This document shows, piece by piece, positions 20,518 through 30,614 of a stretch of 64,000 nt of DNA. The notes under the pieces are model-generated. The model saw only the letters and a list, made by a program, of their open reading frames with translations, was not told where the DNA came from and did not search any database. Source of the DNA: Bacteroidales bacterium. Lineage in GTDB: Bacteria; Bacteroidota; Bacteroidia; Bacteroidales; JAADGE01. The position numbers and the translations under genes were made by a program. Numbering within the stretch: the first letter of the stretch is position 1; each line of letters begins with the position of its first letter. Location of the stretch: contig JAKISF010000007.1 of NCBI GenBank assembly GCA_021648725.1, positions 40,170 through 104,169 of the forward strand. The letters are read 5' to 3'.

Positions 20518-21207
20518 TTACTCGGGATTTTCAAAGTTTAATTTATTATTCAGCTTAAATTTAAGATAAGTTATTTTTAATCCTTTTTCAATGAATTTTT
20601 GTTCGTAATAGGTTTTTATTTGAGTCAGTTCATTTTTAGTGCTTGTATTATAAATATTATCAGTTTTATACAACAAATCTAATTTGTTCAACTGAATAAT
20701 TTCTTTCGTAAACTCGTGCATTAAAACAGAGTCTGTTTTTAAATGAATTATTCCTTCGTGATTTAAAATATTTGAATAAATTTCAAGAAACCGAGCAGAT
20801 GTAAGACGTTTTTTCATTTTTCTTTTTTGCGGGTCGGGAAAAGTTATCCAAATTTCACGGATTTCATTTTCTGAAAAGAATGATTTTAAAAACTCGACTT
20901 TATTTCTGATAAAAGCAACATTTTTTATATCCTCTTCCTGAACAATTTTGCTTCCTTTCCATAATCGCGGACCTTTAATATCAATACCTATATAATTAAT
21001 ATTTTTATTTTTTTTTGCAAGCCCGACTGTGTATTCTCCTTTTCCGCACCCGACTTCTAAAACTATAGGGTTATTGTTTTTAAAGAATTTTTTGTTCCAA
21101 CAGCCTTTTAAATGAAAATCTCCTTCATACATTTCTTGGGGCGAAGGTTGAAAAAGATGTAAAAAGGTTTTATTTTCTTCAAATCGTTTTAGTTTGTTTT
21201 TGCCCAT
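20518..21207 (-). CDS. trmB: tRNA (guanine46-N7)-methyltransferase
   Basis: SAM-binding motif LEVGCGKGEY and the FPDPQKRK... motif. 229 aa. Confidence 0.85.
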   Translation of the reverse strand: MGKNKLKRFEENKTFLHLFQPSPQEMYEGDFHLKGCWNKKFFKNNNPIVLEVGCGKGEYTVGLAKKNKNINYIGIDIKGPRLWKGSKIVQEEDIKNVAFIRNKVEFLKSFFSENEIREIWITFPDPQKRKMKKRLTSARFLEIYSNILNHEGIIHLKTDSVLMHEFTKEIIQLNKLDLLYKTDNIYNTSTKNELTQIKTYYEQKFIEKGLKITYLKFKLNNKLNFENPE

Positions 21208-21246
21208 TTTGTTTTCTTATTCGAATAATACAGGTCAAACCTGCCT

Positions 21247-21879
21247 CTACACTTTATTAATTTTGCTTGTTATGTCAAGAAATTCACTCAGTATCATAGC
21301 TGTTGCTCCCCAAATTTCTATTCCGTTAAGAATATAAAAAGGGGCTGTTATTTTTTCTTTTTGCACTTCAAAAGTTTTGCATACAGTATAAGCATTTATA
21401 AGTTCTTTGAGTTTTACCGAATATATTTCATCAACCTCATCCACGTTTCGTTTAAATTCAGGTTTATAATTTATGTACCCTACAACCGGTTGAACATCGT
21501 AATTGCTGACGGGTATAAATAATGATGTTAATTTCCCAAGTATTTTAACATCATTGCTGTTTACACCTATTTCTTCTTCGGTTTCGCGAATTGCTGTTTT
21601 AATTAAACTTTTGTCTTCTTTTTCAAATTTCCCACCCGGCAGTGCAATTTGCCCGGAATGTTTGCTCCCGTCTGAAACCCTTTTGATAAATGAAATGTAA
21701 ATTTCATCTTTTTCTGAAAACAATAATATTAAAACAGCACTTTTTTTAATGTTTTTGGTGTTTGTTTTGTCGAATTTATGCGGTCTTCCTTCCGGAATCA
21801 TTTTTATTTGAGAAGTGTATCCCGGTAAATTGTTATTCAATTCATCAATTAATTTATTTGTATATTCTTCAAGACTCAT
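21247..21879 (-). CDS. NUDIX hydrolase, CoA pyrophosphatase type
   Basis: Nudix box GGKFEKEDKSLIKTAIRETEEEIGV, preceded by the CoA-pyrophosphatase-type motif (KRVS...HSGQIALPGG). Confidence 0.75.
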   Translation of the reverse strand: MSLEEYTNKLIDELNNNLPGYTSQIKMIPEGRPHKFDKTNTKNIKKSAVLILLFSEKDEIYISFIKRVSDGSKHSGQIALPGGKFEKEDKSLIKTAIRETEEEIGVNSNDVKILGKLTSLFIPVSNYDVQPVVGYINYKPEFKRNVDEVDEIYSVKLKELINAYTVCKTFEVQKEKITAPFYILNGIEIWGATAMILSEFLDITSKINKV

Positions 21880-21884
21880 ATCTT

Positions 21885-23153
21885 TTATTTAAAATTAATT
21901 GTTTTAACCGGATTTATTTTTGAAGCTAATAATGCCGGCAGCACTAAAACTAATGTGCTGATAATAAGTGTTCCGACATTCAATAACAAAATATTAGAAA
22001 AGTTAAATTCAACCGGAACGCTGTCAACATAATACAACTTAGGGTCTAAAGGAATAATTTTGAAATAATCTTGAATATATAAAATTATTAATGCAATAAT
22101 ATTTCCGAAAAGTAAACCTTTTGTTATTAAAAAAGCACCGTTCAGCACAAATATTTTTATAATACTTAAATTATTTGCACCCATTGCTTTTAACACGCCA
22201 ATCATGTTGGTTCGTTCCAAAATAATTGTAAATAAGGCAGCAACCATGCTTAAAGCTGCGACAATTATCATTAAAATTAAAATAACCTTTACATTAATGT
22301 TTGAAAGTTCTAACCATTGCACTATAAATTCATTGTCCTTTATAAAATTGCTTACCTGAAGCATTGTTCCGTCTTCATTTATTATGCTCGACACTTCTTC
22401 TTCAACAAGTATTGTCATTTTCTCAAGCTCATCAAAATCATCAATAAAAATTTCGAAACCGCTTACCTGTTCTTTACTCCAATCATTTATTTTTTGAATA
22501 TGTCTTATATCGCAAAACACACCGGCTTTGTCGTGTTCTTCCATTCCGGTGTTGTATGTTCCCGAAATAATAAAATCACGAGCTTTCGGCGGGTTTTGAA
22601 TAAAATATAAAAAAATCTTATCTCCGACTTTATAGTTTAATAAGTCGGCAGTTTTTTCCGAAATAAGTAATTCCTTTGTTTTTTTATCTGATTTCACATC
22701 GGGGATTTTTCCTTTTGTGAGATTTTCTTTAAGAAAAGTCCAATCATAATCTTTTCCTGCTCCTTTTAAAACAACACCGTGAACTTCAGTTTCAGATTTA
22801 ATAATACCGAGTTTTGTAGCAAAAATTTGAATATGCGATATTCCTTTTTCAGAAACAATATTAGGATAAAATGTTTGATTTTTGTTTACCGGCTTAGTTT
22901 CAAAGGTTTCATTTATATCTCTGTTTTTTATTGTAATATGTGCTTGAAAACCAACTAATTTTCGGTAAATTTCATTTTTAAACCCGGTTACTACCGAAAC
23001 CGTAATAAGCATAACAGCCATTCCTACTGCAACAACACTAATTGCAATTTGCAACACAGATTTTGATAAATCTTTTTTACCGTTACCGGAAAAAGTTATT
23101 CTTTTAGCTATAAAAACAGAAATATTCAAAAGTTGGTTATTAAATTTCGACAA
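21885..23153 (-). CDS. LolC/E-like FtsX-family ABC transporter permease
   Basis: TM1, a large periplasmic loop and three C-terminal TM helices (FtsX domain). TTG start. No ATPase gene adjacent. Confidence 0.8.
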   Translation of the reverse strand: MSKFNNQLLNISVFIAKRITFSGNGKKDLSKSVLQIAISVVAVGMAVMLITVSVVTGFKNEIYRKLVGFQAHITIKNRDINETFETKPVNKNQTFYPNIVSEKGISHIQIFATKLGIIKSETEVHGVVLKGAGKDYDWTFLKENLTKGKIPDVKSDKKTKELLISEKTADLLNYKVGDKIFLYFIQNPPKARDFIISGTYNTGMEEHDKAGVFCDIRHIQKINDWSKEQVSGFEIFIDDFDELEKMTILVEEEVSSIINEDGTMLQVSNFIKDNEFIVQWLELSNINVKVILILMIIVAALSMVAALFTIILERTNMIGVLKAMGANNLSIIKIFVLNGAFLITKGLLFGNIIALIILYIQDYFKIIPLDPKLYYVDSVPVEFNFSNILLLNVGTLIISTLVLVLPALLASKINPVKTINFK

Positions 23154-23161
23154 AATTAGTT

Positions 23162-23779
23162 TTATTTTTCAAAATATACTTTCAAGCTCGAATAAGTATG
23201 TTGTTTATGTTCTTTAACCTTTAAAATATTACACCATTCGACTTTTGTAATATCTTCGGCTGTTTGCGGAACCGGCATTTGATTTCCGAGATGTTGCATT
23301 TTAAACCAATATGTTTTTTTCAATATTCGTTTATTTTTGCAGGTATAAATATGATATGAGGATTGCACTTCTTCTGTTATTCTGATATTATTGATTCCGC
23401 ACTCTTCTTTAACTTCCCTTATTGCTGCATCTTCAGGAGTTTCGCCTTCTTCTATTTTTCCTTTAGGTAAATCCGGTATTTCGAAACGATGAATTACGAG
23501 AAGTTCTTTATTTTCATTTGTTACTATTCCGCCGGCTGCTTCAATATATTTAAAGTGAGATTTGAAATCATTGAACAATTTATTGAAGTCATAGTGCTCA
23601 AAGCTAATTTCGGAAATTTTTCTCTCAAAAAAAGTGTTCAGAATGTTACTCATTCTGTTGTTGCATTTATGCAGAAACGGTTCGTCAATTTCAAGAGAAT
23701 CAACTTTAATTTCTAATTCTTCTGTTTTTTTCCAAAGAATTATTTTTTGATTGTTAAAGTAAACAGTTATTGATTTCAT
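23162..23779 (-). CDS. NUDIX hydrolase with an extra N-terminal domain
   Basis: Nudix box GKIEEGETPEDAAIREVKEECGI. Confidence 0.75.
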   Translation of the reverse strand: MKSITVYFNNQKIILWKKTEELEIKVDSLEIDEPFLHKCNNRMSNILNTFFERKISEISFEHYDFNKLFNDFKSHFKYIEAAGGIVTNENKELLVIHRFEIPDLPKGKIEEGETPEDAAIREVKEECGINNIRITEEVQSSYHIYTCKNKRILKKTYWFKMQHLGNQMPVPQTAEDITKVEWCNILKVKEHKQHTYSSLKVYFEK

Positions 23780-23786
23780 TTTTGGT

Positions 23787-25919
23787 TTATTCTGCTTCTT
23801 TCATACTTAATCCGATTCTTTTTCTGATTAAGTCAATGCTGATTACCTTAACCTGAACGTGTTGATGTAACTTAACAACATCTGCGGGATTGCTGACATA
23901 CGCATTCTTTAAATGTGAAATATGTACTAAGCCGTCTTGTTTTACACCGACATCAACAAAAGCACCGAAATTTGTAATATTTGTAATTATTCCGGGCAAA
24001 ATCATTCCTACTCTTAAATCGTCAACAGTAAATACATCTTTTGAAAATTCAAAAACTTTTGCTTGTTGCCTGGGATCTCTTCCCGGTTTTTCCAGTTCTT
24101 TCATTATATCAGTTAGGGTCGGAAGACCTATTGTATCGCTGATATAATTTTTTAAGTTAACTTTTTTTCTGTATTGTGCCGACTGTATTAAGTCGCTTAT
24201 ACTCACGCCATTATCTTTCGCCATTTTTTGAACGATGTGATATGCCTCGGGGTGAACTGCCGTATTATCCAGCGGATTTTCAGCATCTCTTATTCTTAAA
24301 AATCCGGCACATTGTTCATAAGCTTTTTCTCCCAATCTTTTAACTTTTTTTAGTTCTTTACGAGATTTGAATGCACCGTTTTCTGTTCGGTAATCTACTA
24401 TATTTTGTGCTAATTGTCCTCCGAGTCCGGAAACATAGTTCAGTAAATGTTTGCCTGCCGTGTTCAAATCTACACCTACGGCATTCACACAACTTTCAAC
24501 AACAATATCAAGACTTTTTTGAAGTTCCTTTTGATTAACATCGTGTTGGTACTGCCCTACCCCAATTGATTTAGGGTCAATTTTCACTAATTCCGACAAA
24601 GGGTCGGCTAACCTTCTTCCGATAGAAACAGCGCCTCTTACGGTAACATCATAAGTCGGGAACTCTTCTCTTGCAATTTTTGATGCTGAATATACAGATG
24701 CCCCGTCTTCACTTACAACAAAAACTTTCAATTCTCTGTCGAACCTGACTTTCTGCCTTACAAGTTGTTCGGTTTCACGGCTTGCAGTTCCGTTTCCTAT
24801 TGCAATTGCTTCAATATTATATGCATTAACTAGTGATGCAAGTTTTTTTCCGGCTTGAAATGTTTCTTTTTGCGGAGGATGCGGATAAATCGTTTCGTTG
24901 TGCAACAAATTTCCGTGCTCGTCTAAACAAACAGTTTTGCATCCTGTCCTGAATGCCGGGTCAATTGCTAAGATTCGCTTTTCGCCAAGCGGTGCGGCTA
25001 ATAATAATTGCCTTAAATTATCTGCGAAAACTTTTATTGCTTCTTTATCAGCTTTTTCTTTTGCTGCATTAGAAAATTCATTCTCAATAGAAGGTAATAA
25101 TAATCTTTTATAGGCATCATCAATTGCTGATTCGACTTGATCTGTTGCTTCTGTATCGCCCTTCAGAAAAATTCGATCCAGTTTTTCAAGAACTTTATCT
25201 TCATTCGGATGAATCTTTACTCTTAAAAAGCCTTCATTAACACCTCTATACACAGCAAGTAATCTGTGTGACGGTATTTTTTTTAGAGATTCTTCGAATT
25301 CAAAATAATCTCGAAATTTTACAGCCTCGTCTTTTTTTGTTTTTACTACGGTTGATTTTACGGTTGCAGAATAATTAAATTCTCTTCTGACTGCATCTCT
25401 TGCTTTTTTATTTTCATTTATTTCTTCTGCAATTATATCTCTCGCTCCTTGCAGGGCATCTTTAACAGTTTCAACTTCATCATTAACATATTTTAAGGCT
25501 TCTGACTCAACATCATTAATATTTTGAATGAAAATAATTTTTGCCAAAGGTTCTAAACCTTTTTCTTTTGCTTTTATTGCTCTTGTTTTCTTTTTTTGTT
25601 TATAAGGCAGATATAAGTCCTCAAGCTCTGATATATCGTATGTTGCTTCAATTTTATTTTTTAAATCGTCTGTAAGTTTTCCTTGTTTTTCAATTGCAGA
25701 AAGGATACTTTCTCGCCTTTTTTCAAGCTCAGCAAGTTTATCTGATAATGTATTAATATCGGAAATCTGAATCTCATCTAAGGTTCCTGTTACTTCTTTT
25801 CTGTATCTGCTTATAAACGGGATTGTTGCACCTTCTGTTAAAAGGTTTATTGTATTTTCAACTTGCCTTTCTGATAAGTTTAATTCAGCCGCAATTATTT
25901 TGATATGTTTTAAATTCAT
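23787..25919 (-). CDS. tex: Tex-like transcription accessory protein (S1 RNA-binding)
   Basis: 710 aa. Collinear Tex architecture ending in an S1 domain (GIITNITNFGAFVDVG). Confidence 0.95.
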   Translation of the reverse strand: MNLKHIKIIAAELNLSERQVENTINLLTEGATIPFISRYRKEVTGTLDEIQISDINTLSDKLAELEKRRESILSAIEKQGKLTDDLKNKIEATYDISELEDLYLPYKQKKKTRAIKAKEKGLEPLAKIIFIQNINDVESEALKYVNDEVETVKDALQGARDIIAEEINENKKARDAVRREFNYSATVKSTVVKTKKDEAVKFRDYFEFEESLKKIPSHRLLAVYRGVNEGFLRVKIHPNEDKVLEKLDRIFLKGDTEATDQVESAIDDAYKRLLLPSIENEFSNAAKEKADKEAIKVFADNLRQLLLAAPLGEKRILAIDPAFRTGCKTVCLDEHGNLLHNETIYPHPPQKETFQAGKKLASLVNAYNIEAIAIGNGTASRETEQLVRQKVRFDRELKVFVVSEDGASVYSASKIAREEFPTYDVTVRGAVSIGRRLADPLSELVKIDPKSIGVGQYQHDVNQKELQKSLDIVVESCVNAVGVDLNTAGKHLLNYVSGLGGQLAQNIVDYRTENGAFKSRKELKKVKRLGEKAYEQCAGFLRIRDAENPLDNTAVHPEAYHIVQKMAKDNGVSISDLIQSAQYRKKVNLKNYISDTIGLPTLTDIMKELEKPGRDPRQQAKVFEFSKDVFTVDDLRVGMILPGIITNITNFGAFVDVGVKQDGLVHISHLKNAYVSNPADVVKLHQHVQVKVISIDLIRKRIGLSMKEAE

Positions 25920-25946
25920 TAATTCTTAATATTTAAATACAGGATA

Positions 25947-25954
25947 CAAATTTA
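25947..25954 (-). promoter_or_regulatory. -7 box (TAAATTTG) for the tex operon
   Basis: TAnnTTTG match 28 nt upstream of the ATG, directly after the upstream terminator. Confidence 0.45.
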
Positions 25955-25960
25955 AAAATA

Positions 25961-25990
25961 AAACCCGAGACAAATAAATGCCTCGGGTTT
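25961..25990 (-). terminator. Terminator after the outer-membrane beta-barrel gene
   Basis: AAACCCGAG-n12-CTCGGGTTT. It lies just upstream of the tex -7 box. Confidence 0.7.
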
Positions 25991-26011
25991 AAAATAATAT
26001 ATTAAATAATT

Positions 26012-26875
26012 TTAGAAGTGGAACATCATATAAACATTTCCGCCTAAATTATCATTTCCGAGATTAAATCCGCTTGAACCTGCAATTTTTGTATCATTAG
26101 TTGTTCTTTCATGATTAGTATAGTCCCAAGATTCTGTACTCATCGTCCCTTCTCCTACTGAATTTATGCCGAATCCCCATCCGAATTCACCTCCGAAGGA
26201 GATATTAGGAAACAAGAAATATTCTGCACCTACAAAAGCTCTCAAACCAAAACCAAAACCGCCGGCATTAGTAACCTCTGTCAATCTGTTGTCAACTCCC
26301 ATTGAAGTCATACCCAGCCAATTAACAGTTGTAGTAGGAATAGAGTCACTATTATTCAATTCATTGCCGTAAGTGTAAACATCTTTCGAACCGCCACCAA
26401 ACATTAAGTTTAGTTCTCCTCCGTAAAATGCTTGTAAGCGACCTTTTCCTCTTCTCATTTCGTAACCTACTCCTAAATTAACGCCACTTGCCGAATGTTT
26501 CCAAGTATCTGTAACTCTTGCATTAGTGTTTGCATCATCAACAACAAGGTTATTTAATGTTTGGGACATCATATTTATGTCAAACCTAACCCTTACTGCA
26601 GCATCGTCACTTAAAAAATATTTTCCGTAAATACTACCTCCGTCAACAAAGTTAAAAGCCATGGGATCAGCAAACGGTCCTGTGAAATCATTAATTCTAA
26701 GCATATTCCCGACTAAATTGAAAAAAGGAGATGCATCAATTCCAAGTGCAAAGTCACCTGCTTTAGGCAAAACAGAAACACCGTGTTTATTTACAACTTC
26801 TGTTGTTCCGTCCTCTTGTGAGAACATAATTGTGCTGAATAAAACAGCAAGTAGGGTAAAAATAATCTTTCTCAT
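26012..26875 (-). CDS. Outer-membrane beta-barrel protein
   Basis: Signal peptide. Gly/aromatic-rich alternating strands. C-terminal ...VYMMFHF. Confidence 0.6.
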   Translation of the reverse strand: MRKIIFTLLAVLFSTIMFSQEDGTTEVVNKHGVSVLPKAGDFALGIDASPFFNLVGNMLRINDFTGPFADPMAFNFVDGGSIYGKYFLSDDAAVRVRFDINMMSQTLNNLVVDDANTNARVTDTWKHSASGVNLGVGYEMRRGKGRLQAFYGGELNLMFGGGSKDVYTYGNELNNSDSIPTTTVNWLGMTSMGVDNRLTEVTNAGGFGFGLRAFVGAEYFLFPNISFGGEFGWGFGINSVGEGTMSTESWDYTNHERTTNDTKIAGSSGFNLGNDNLGGNVYMMFHF

Positions 26876-26961
26876 AAAAATAGATATTTAGTTAAAAAAG
26901 TAAAGATACTATTTTTTAATAAAATCAATGTTAAACATAAATTAATGAAAATACAGAATCG

Positions 26962-28263
26962 TTATTTTCTCAGAATACTTGTAGAGTCACAAGTATCCAT
27001 TAAAGATGTATCCTGCCCGGTAACTTTATATTCAATTTTATCCAACCATTTTTTGAAAACAGGAATTGTTTTATTAAATGCTTCCTTATTTTCTTCTTTA
27101 ATCGGTTCAACCGGAGGTGCTTCAATATGAAGTGGGTTTGTCGGTTTTCCGTTTTTCCATACCCTGAAATCTAAATGCGGACCTGTTGATAAGCCTGTAC
27201 TTCCGACATATCCGATAAGTTGTCCTTGTGTTACTCTTACGCCGGAACGAATACCGCTTGCATAACCTTTTAAGTGCATATAGCCTGTTGTATAAACGCT
27301 GTTGTGTCTTATTTTAATATAGTTCCCGGCACCGCCGGTATATGCTGCATGTATAACTGTTCCGTCGCCTAAAGCAAATACCGGTGTTCCGAAAGGAGCA
27401 GAATAATCTACCCCTAAATGAGGTCTTACAATTTTTAATATGGGATGTTTTCGTGCATACGAAAAGCCTGAGCTTATTCTGGAAAATTTAAGAGGTGCTT
27501 TTAAAAATGCTTTTTTCAGGCTGTTTCCTTCCAAATCATAAAAACTTTGCGTACTGTCTTGTGTGTAGGGAATTGCATATATGCTGTCGTTATAATGCTC
27601 AAAATATGCTGCAAGTATTTTTCCGTAACCGATGGATGTATCGTTTACAAATTTTTCTTCATAAATTATTTTGAACCTGTCGCCTTTTTGTAAGCCGAAA
27701 AAATCTATTGACCAAGCATAAATTTCCGATAAATCATTTGCTAAAATCGGTTTAACTCCGGCATCTTCCATTGCAAACCATAAAGAAGATTTTATTATAC
27801 CTCCGGTTTCATTAACTTTTATTTCTACTTTTTTCTTACCGGTATAAACATTTAAGCTGTCGTTTAAATCAAATACAACATAATCAGTTTTATTTTTTTC
27901 GTAAACAATATAATTAACGGTTTTTGATGTATCTTTTGAAAAAAAAACGGCATATTTTTGCCCTCTTCTAATTTTTCTTACATCAAAAAGACCTTCTGTT
28001 TTTTTAACTATTGAATGAAGTTTATTCATTACATTATATTTTTCAAATAAAGTTCCCAAAAACATTCCGGGTTCTACCTTGCTTGTTTCTATTAAAAATG
28101 TATCAGCACTTAAACCGTATAATTTGTTTTCTTTAACCGGTTCAGGTATTACGATATTTGTTGAAGTGTTATCTTTGTTCTTATTACTTGTCTGATTATA
28201 AAGATAATAACCGCTCACGCCTATTGCTGCAATTAAAAAAATAATTATAATTCCTTTCTTCAT
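26962..28263 (-). CDS. M23 family metallopeptidase (membrane-anchored)
   Basis: Motifs HLGVDYSAPFGTPV and GSTGLSTGPHLDF. Start moved from TTG 28305 to ATG 28263 (MKKGIIIIFLIAA anchor). Confidence 0.85.
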   Translation of the reverse strand: MKKGIIIIFLIAAIGVSGYYLYNQTSNKNKDNTSTNIVIPEPVKENKLYGLSADTFLIETSKVEPGMFLGTLFEKYNVMNKLHSIVKKTEGLFDVRKIRRGQKYAVFFSKDTSKTVNYIVYEKNKTDYVVFDLNDSLNVYTGKKKVEIKVNETGGIIKSSLWFAMEDAGVKPILANDLSEIYAWSIDFFGLQKGDRFKIIYEEKFVNDTSIGYGKILAAYFEHYNDSIYAIPYTQDSTQSFYDLEGNSLKKAFLKAPLKFSRISSGFSYARKHPILKIVRPHLGVDYSAPFGTPVFALGDGTVIHAAYTGGAGNYIKIRHNSVYTTGYMHLKGYASGIRSGVRVTQGQLIGYVGSTGLSTGPHLDFRVWKNGKPTNPLHIEAPPVEPIKEENKEAFNKTIPVFKKWLDKIEYKVTGQDTSLMDTCDSTSILRK

Positions 28264-28336
28264 TCTTCTGTTTTTGATTTTTCTTTTTTCCTTAAAAACC
28301 GACAAAGTTAATTTTATTACTCTCTGATTTACTATT

Positions 28337-29173
28337 TTAGGTTGATTTTATAAAAATCTCATCTAATATTTCAGGAATTAAATCTCTTTCGGATGCTTCA
28401 TTATATAAAGTTTTAACGGCATTCTTTCCGACTTTTCCCAAATCAAGTGAAAAATTATTTACATATAAATCAATATGTTTTTTCATTATTTCTGCATTCA
28501 TTTCTTGTGCATATTGTTTTATATAGCTTAAGCTTGATTCCGGGTTTTTATATGCAAATTCAATGCTTGTTTTAATTATATTGCTTATTTTTAATTGCAA
28601 TTCCGGAGGATGTTTCCTGTTTATAACGATTCCGCCGAGAGGTATCGGTGTTTTTGTCATATTTTCCCAAAATTCTCCTAAATCAATAATCTTTTTTAAA
28701 CCTTTTGCTTCATAAGTAAACCGGTTTTCATGAATAATAAGTCCTGCATCAACTTCTTCATCGTTAACGGCATCTTCAATATCAGAAAATAAATAAGGAA
28801 TTTTATTTTTTGCCTTAGGATATGCAATTCCGAGAAGTAAATTTGCTGTCGTAAATTTGCCGGGAATTGCAATTTTTAAATCATTGACCTCATTCCGATA
28901 AATCTTTTTTTTGCTGATAAGCAAAGGTCCGTTATTATTTCCCAATGCACTTCCTGAATTAAGCAAAACATAGTTTTCTGCTGCATAAGAATAAGCATGA
29001 TAACTTAATTTTGTAATATCAATTTTTCCTTCAAATGCTTTTTTATTTAATTCTTCAACATCAGCCAAAATTAACTCGAATTGAATTCCTTCGGTATCTA
29101 TTTTATGATGAACGGCGGCATCAAAAATGAAGGTGTCGTTAGGGCAGGTTGAAAAACCAAGACTTAATTTCAT
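28337..29173 (-). CDS. mqnD: 1,4-dihydroxy-6-naphthoate synthase (futalosine pathway)
   Basis: VitK2_biosynth family with the MqnD-type N-terminus [19 protein letters not shown]. Start at ATG 29173. Confidence 0.8.
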   Translation of the reverse strand: MKLSLGFSTCPNDTFIFDAAVHHKIDTEGIQFELILADVEELNKKAFEGKIDITKLSYHAYSYAAENYVLLNSGSALGNNNGPLLISKKKIYRNEVNDLKIAIPGKFTTANLLLGIAYPKAKNKIPYLFSDIEDAVNDEEVDAGLIIHENRFTYEAKGLKKIIDLGEFWENMTKTPIPLGGIVINRKHPPELQLKISNIIKTSIEFAYKNPESSLSYIKQYAQEMNAEIMKKHIDLYVNNFSLDLGKVGKNAVKTLYNEASERDLIPEILDEIFIKST

Positions 29174-29859
29174 ATTTTTGATAATATATTTAACAACTCT
29201 TGTGACAAATTTTTTAGTGCTAAAGGAATATTCCAATTCTCTTTATTTCTTTCTTCAACTTTATTAGAAACTGTTCTGATTTGTAAAAAATCTGCCTTTT
29301 CTTTTAAACAAACATATGCAACAGCTGCACCCTCCATCGTTTCAATATCCGGATTAAATTTATTTATACGATGTTTTATTTGTTTTTTATTGCCTGAACT
29401 TGCATTTACTGTAATTGCTGTGACTTTTGGAAGCTCAGTATCAACTTGTTGCTGAGTTGAACTGTATAGTTTTCCATTAATAAAAGGTCTTGTGTTATGT
29501 TTTAGCAAACCTTCATCAAATAAAGTTTTAAAGGAATTATCATCGTCGGTAACTCCGATATCGCCAAACTCGTCAAGAATTACACTTACAGAATCTCCTA
29601 TGCAAATATCATCATTAAAACTGCCGCAAATACCTGCATTAATAACTAAATCATACTTTTTTTTACTTATTGTTTTTGTCAAAGAATAAGTTGTTGCAGA
29701 CATTCCTATTCCCGAAATTAATATTTTAACATTCAAATTATCAGTAAAAAACTCATTATCGTTCTTAACAGAATAATTCTTATTTCTAACTTCTTTTAAG
29801 AATGGATATGCTTCTGAATTTGTTGCAAATACAATTAATATTTCCTTTTTTCTTTTCAA
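29170..29859 (-). CDS. mqnB: Futalosine hydrolase-like nucleosidase
   Basis: PNP_UDP_1 / MTA-SAH nucleosidase fold ([12 protein letters not shown]). Its TGA stop overlaps the mqnD ATG (ATGA). TTG start. Confidence 0.65.
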   Translation of the reverse strand: MKRKKEILIVFATNSEAYPFLKEVRNKNYSVKNDNEFFTDNLNVKILISGIGMSATTYSLTKTISKKKYDLVINAGICGSFNDDICIGDSVSVILDEFGDIGVTDDDNSFKTLFDEGLLKHNTRPFINGKLYSSTQQQVDTELPKVTAITVNASSGNKKQIKHRINKFNPDIETMEGAAVAYVCLKEKADFLQIRTVSNKVEERNKENWNIPLALKNLSQELLNILSKI

Positions 29860-29928
29860 AATACTTTATTGATTATGAATTGTTTTATTTTTACAAAATT
29901 ATTTAAATATCAGCTTAAAAAAAATATA

Positions 29929-30564
29929 ATGAAAATAATAAGCAAAGGAACCGGCATTGATGAAGATTTCGGTTATGTAAGAATAGATTCGTATAATGAT
30001 GAAACAACAAAAAAAATAGCTGAACACTATCAAGCCATTTTAGGGCTGTTGGGAGAAGATGCAGAAAGAGAAGGTCTTGAGAATACTCCTGAACGTGTTG
30101 CAAAAGCAATGCAATTTATGTCGAAAGGTTATAATTCAGATCCGGCTAAAATCATTAAAAGTGCCTTGTTTAAAGAGGATTACAGCGAAATGGTAATCGT
30201 AAAAGATATTGATTTATATTCAATGTGCGAACATCATATGTTACCTTTTTATGGAAAAGCTCATGTTGCATATATTCCGAACGGATTGATTACCGGATTA
30301 AGTAAAATTGCAAGAGTTGTAGAAACTTACTCAAGAAGATTACAGGTTCAAGAACGTTTAACAATGCAAATAAGAGATACTATTGAAGAAACTCTTGAAC
30401 CTCTTGGTGTTGCAGTTGTTATTGAAGCTGCCCACATGTGCATGAGAATAAGAGGAATTCAAAAACAAAATTCGGTTACTACAACCTCTGCTTTTACGGG
30501 TGCGTTTAATAATGCAAAAACAAGAGAAGAATTTATTCATTTAATAGGAGCAAAGTTAATCTGA
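29929..30564 (+). CDS. folE: GTP cyclohydrolase I
   Basis: Motifs [10 protein letters not shown] and RLQVQERLT. Start moved to ATG 29929. Confidence 0.95.
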   Translation: MKIISKGTGIDEDFGYVRIDSYNDETTKKIAEHYQAILGLLGEDAEREGLENTPERVAKAMQFMSKGYNSDPAKIIKSALFKEDYSEMVIVKDIDLYSMCEHHMLPFYGKAHVAYIPNGLITGLSKIARVVETYSRRLQVQERLTMQIRDTIEETLEPLGVAVVIEAAHMCMRIRGIQKQNSVTTTSAFTGAFNNAKTREEFIHLIGAKLI

Positions 30565-30614
30565 TATTCTTTTTGATATTAGGCACATTAATCATATCGT
30601 TTTATTTATTTTTC

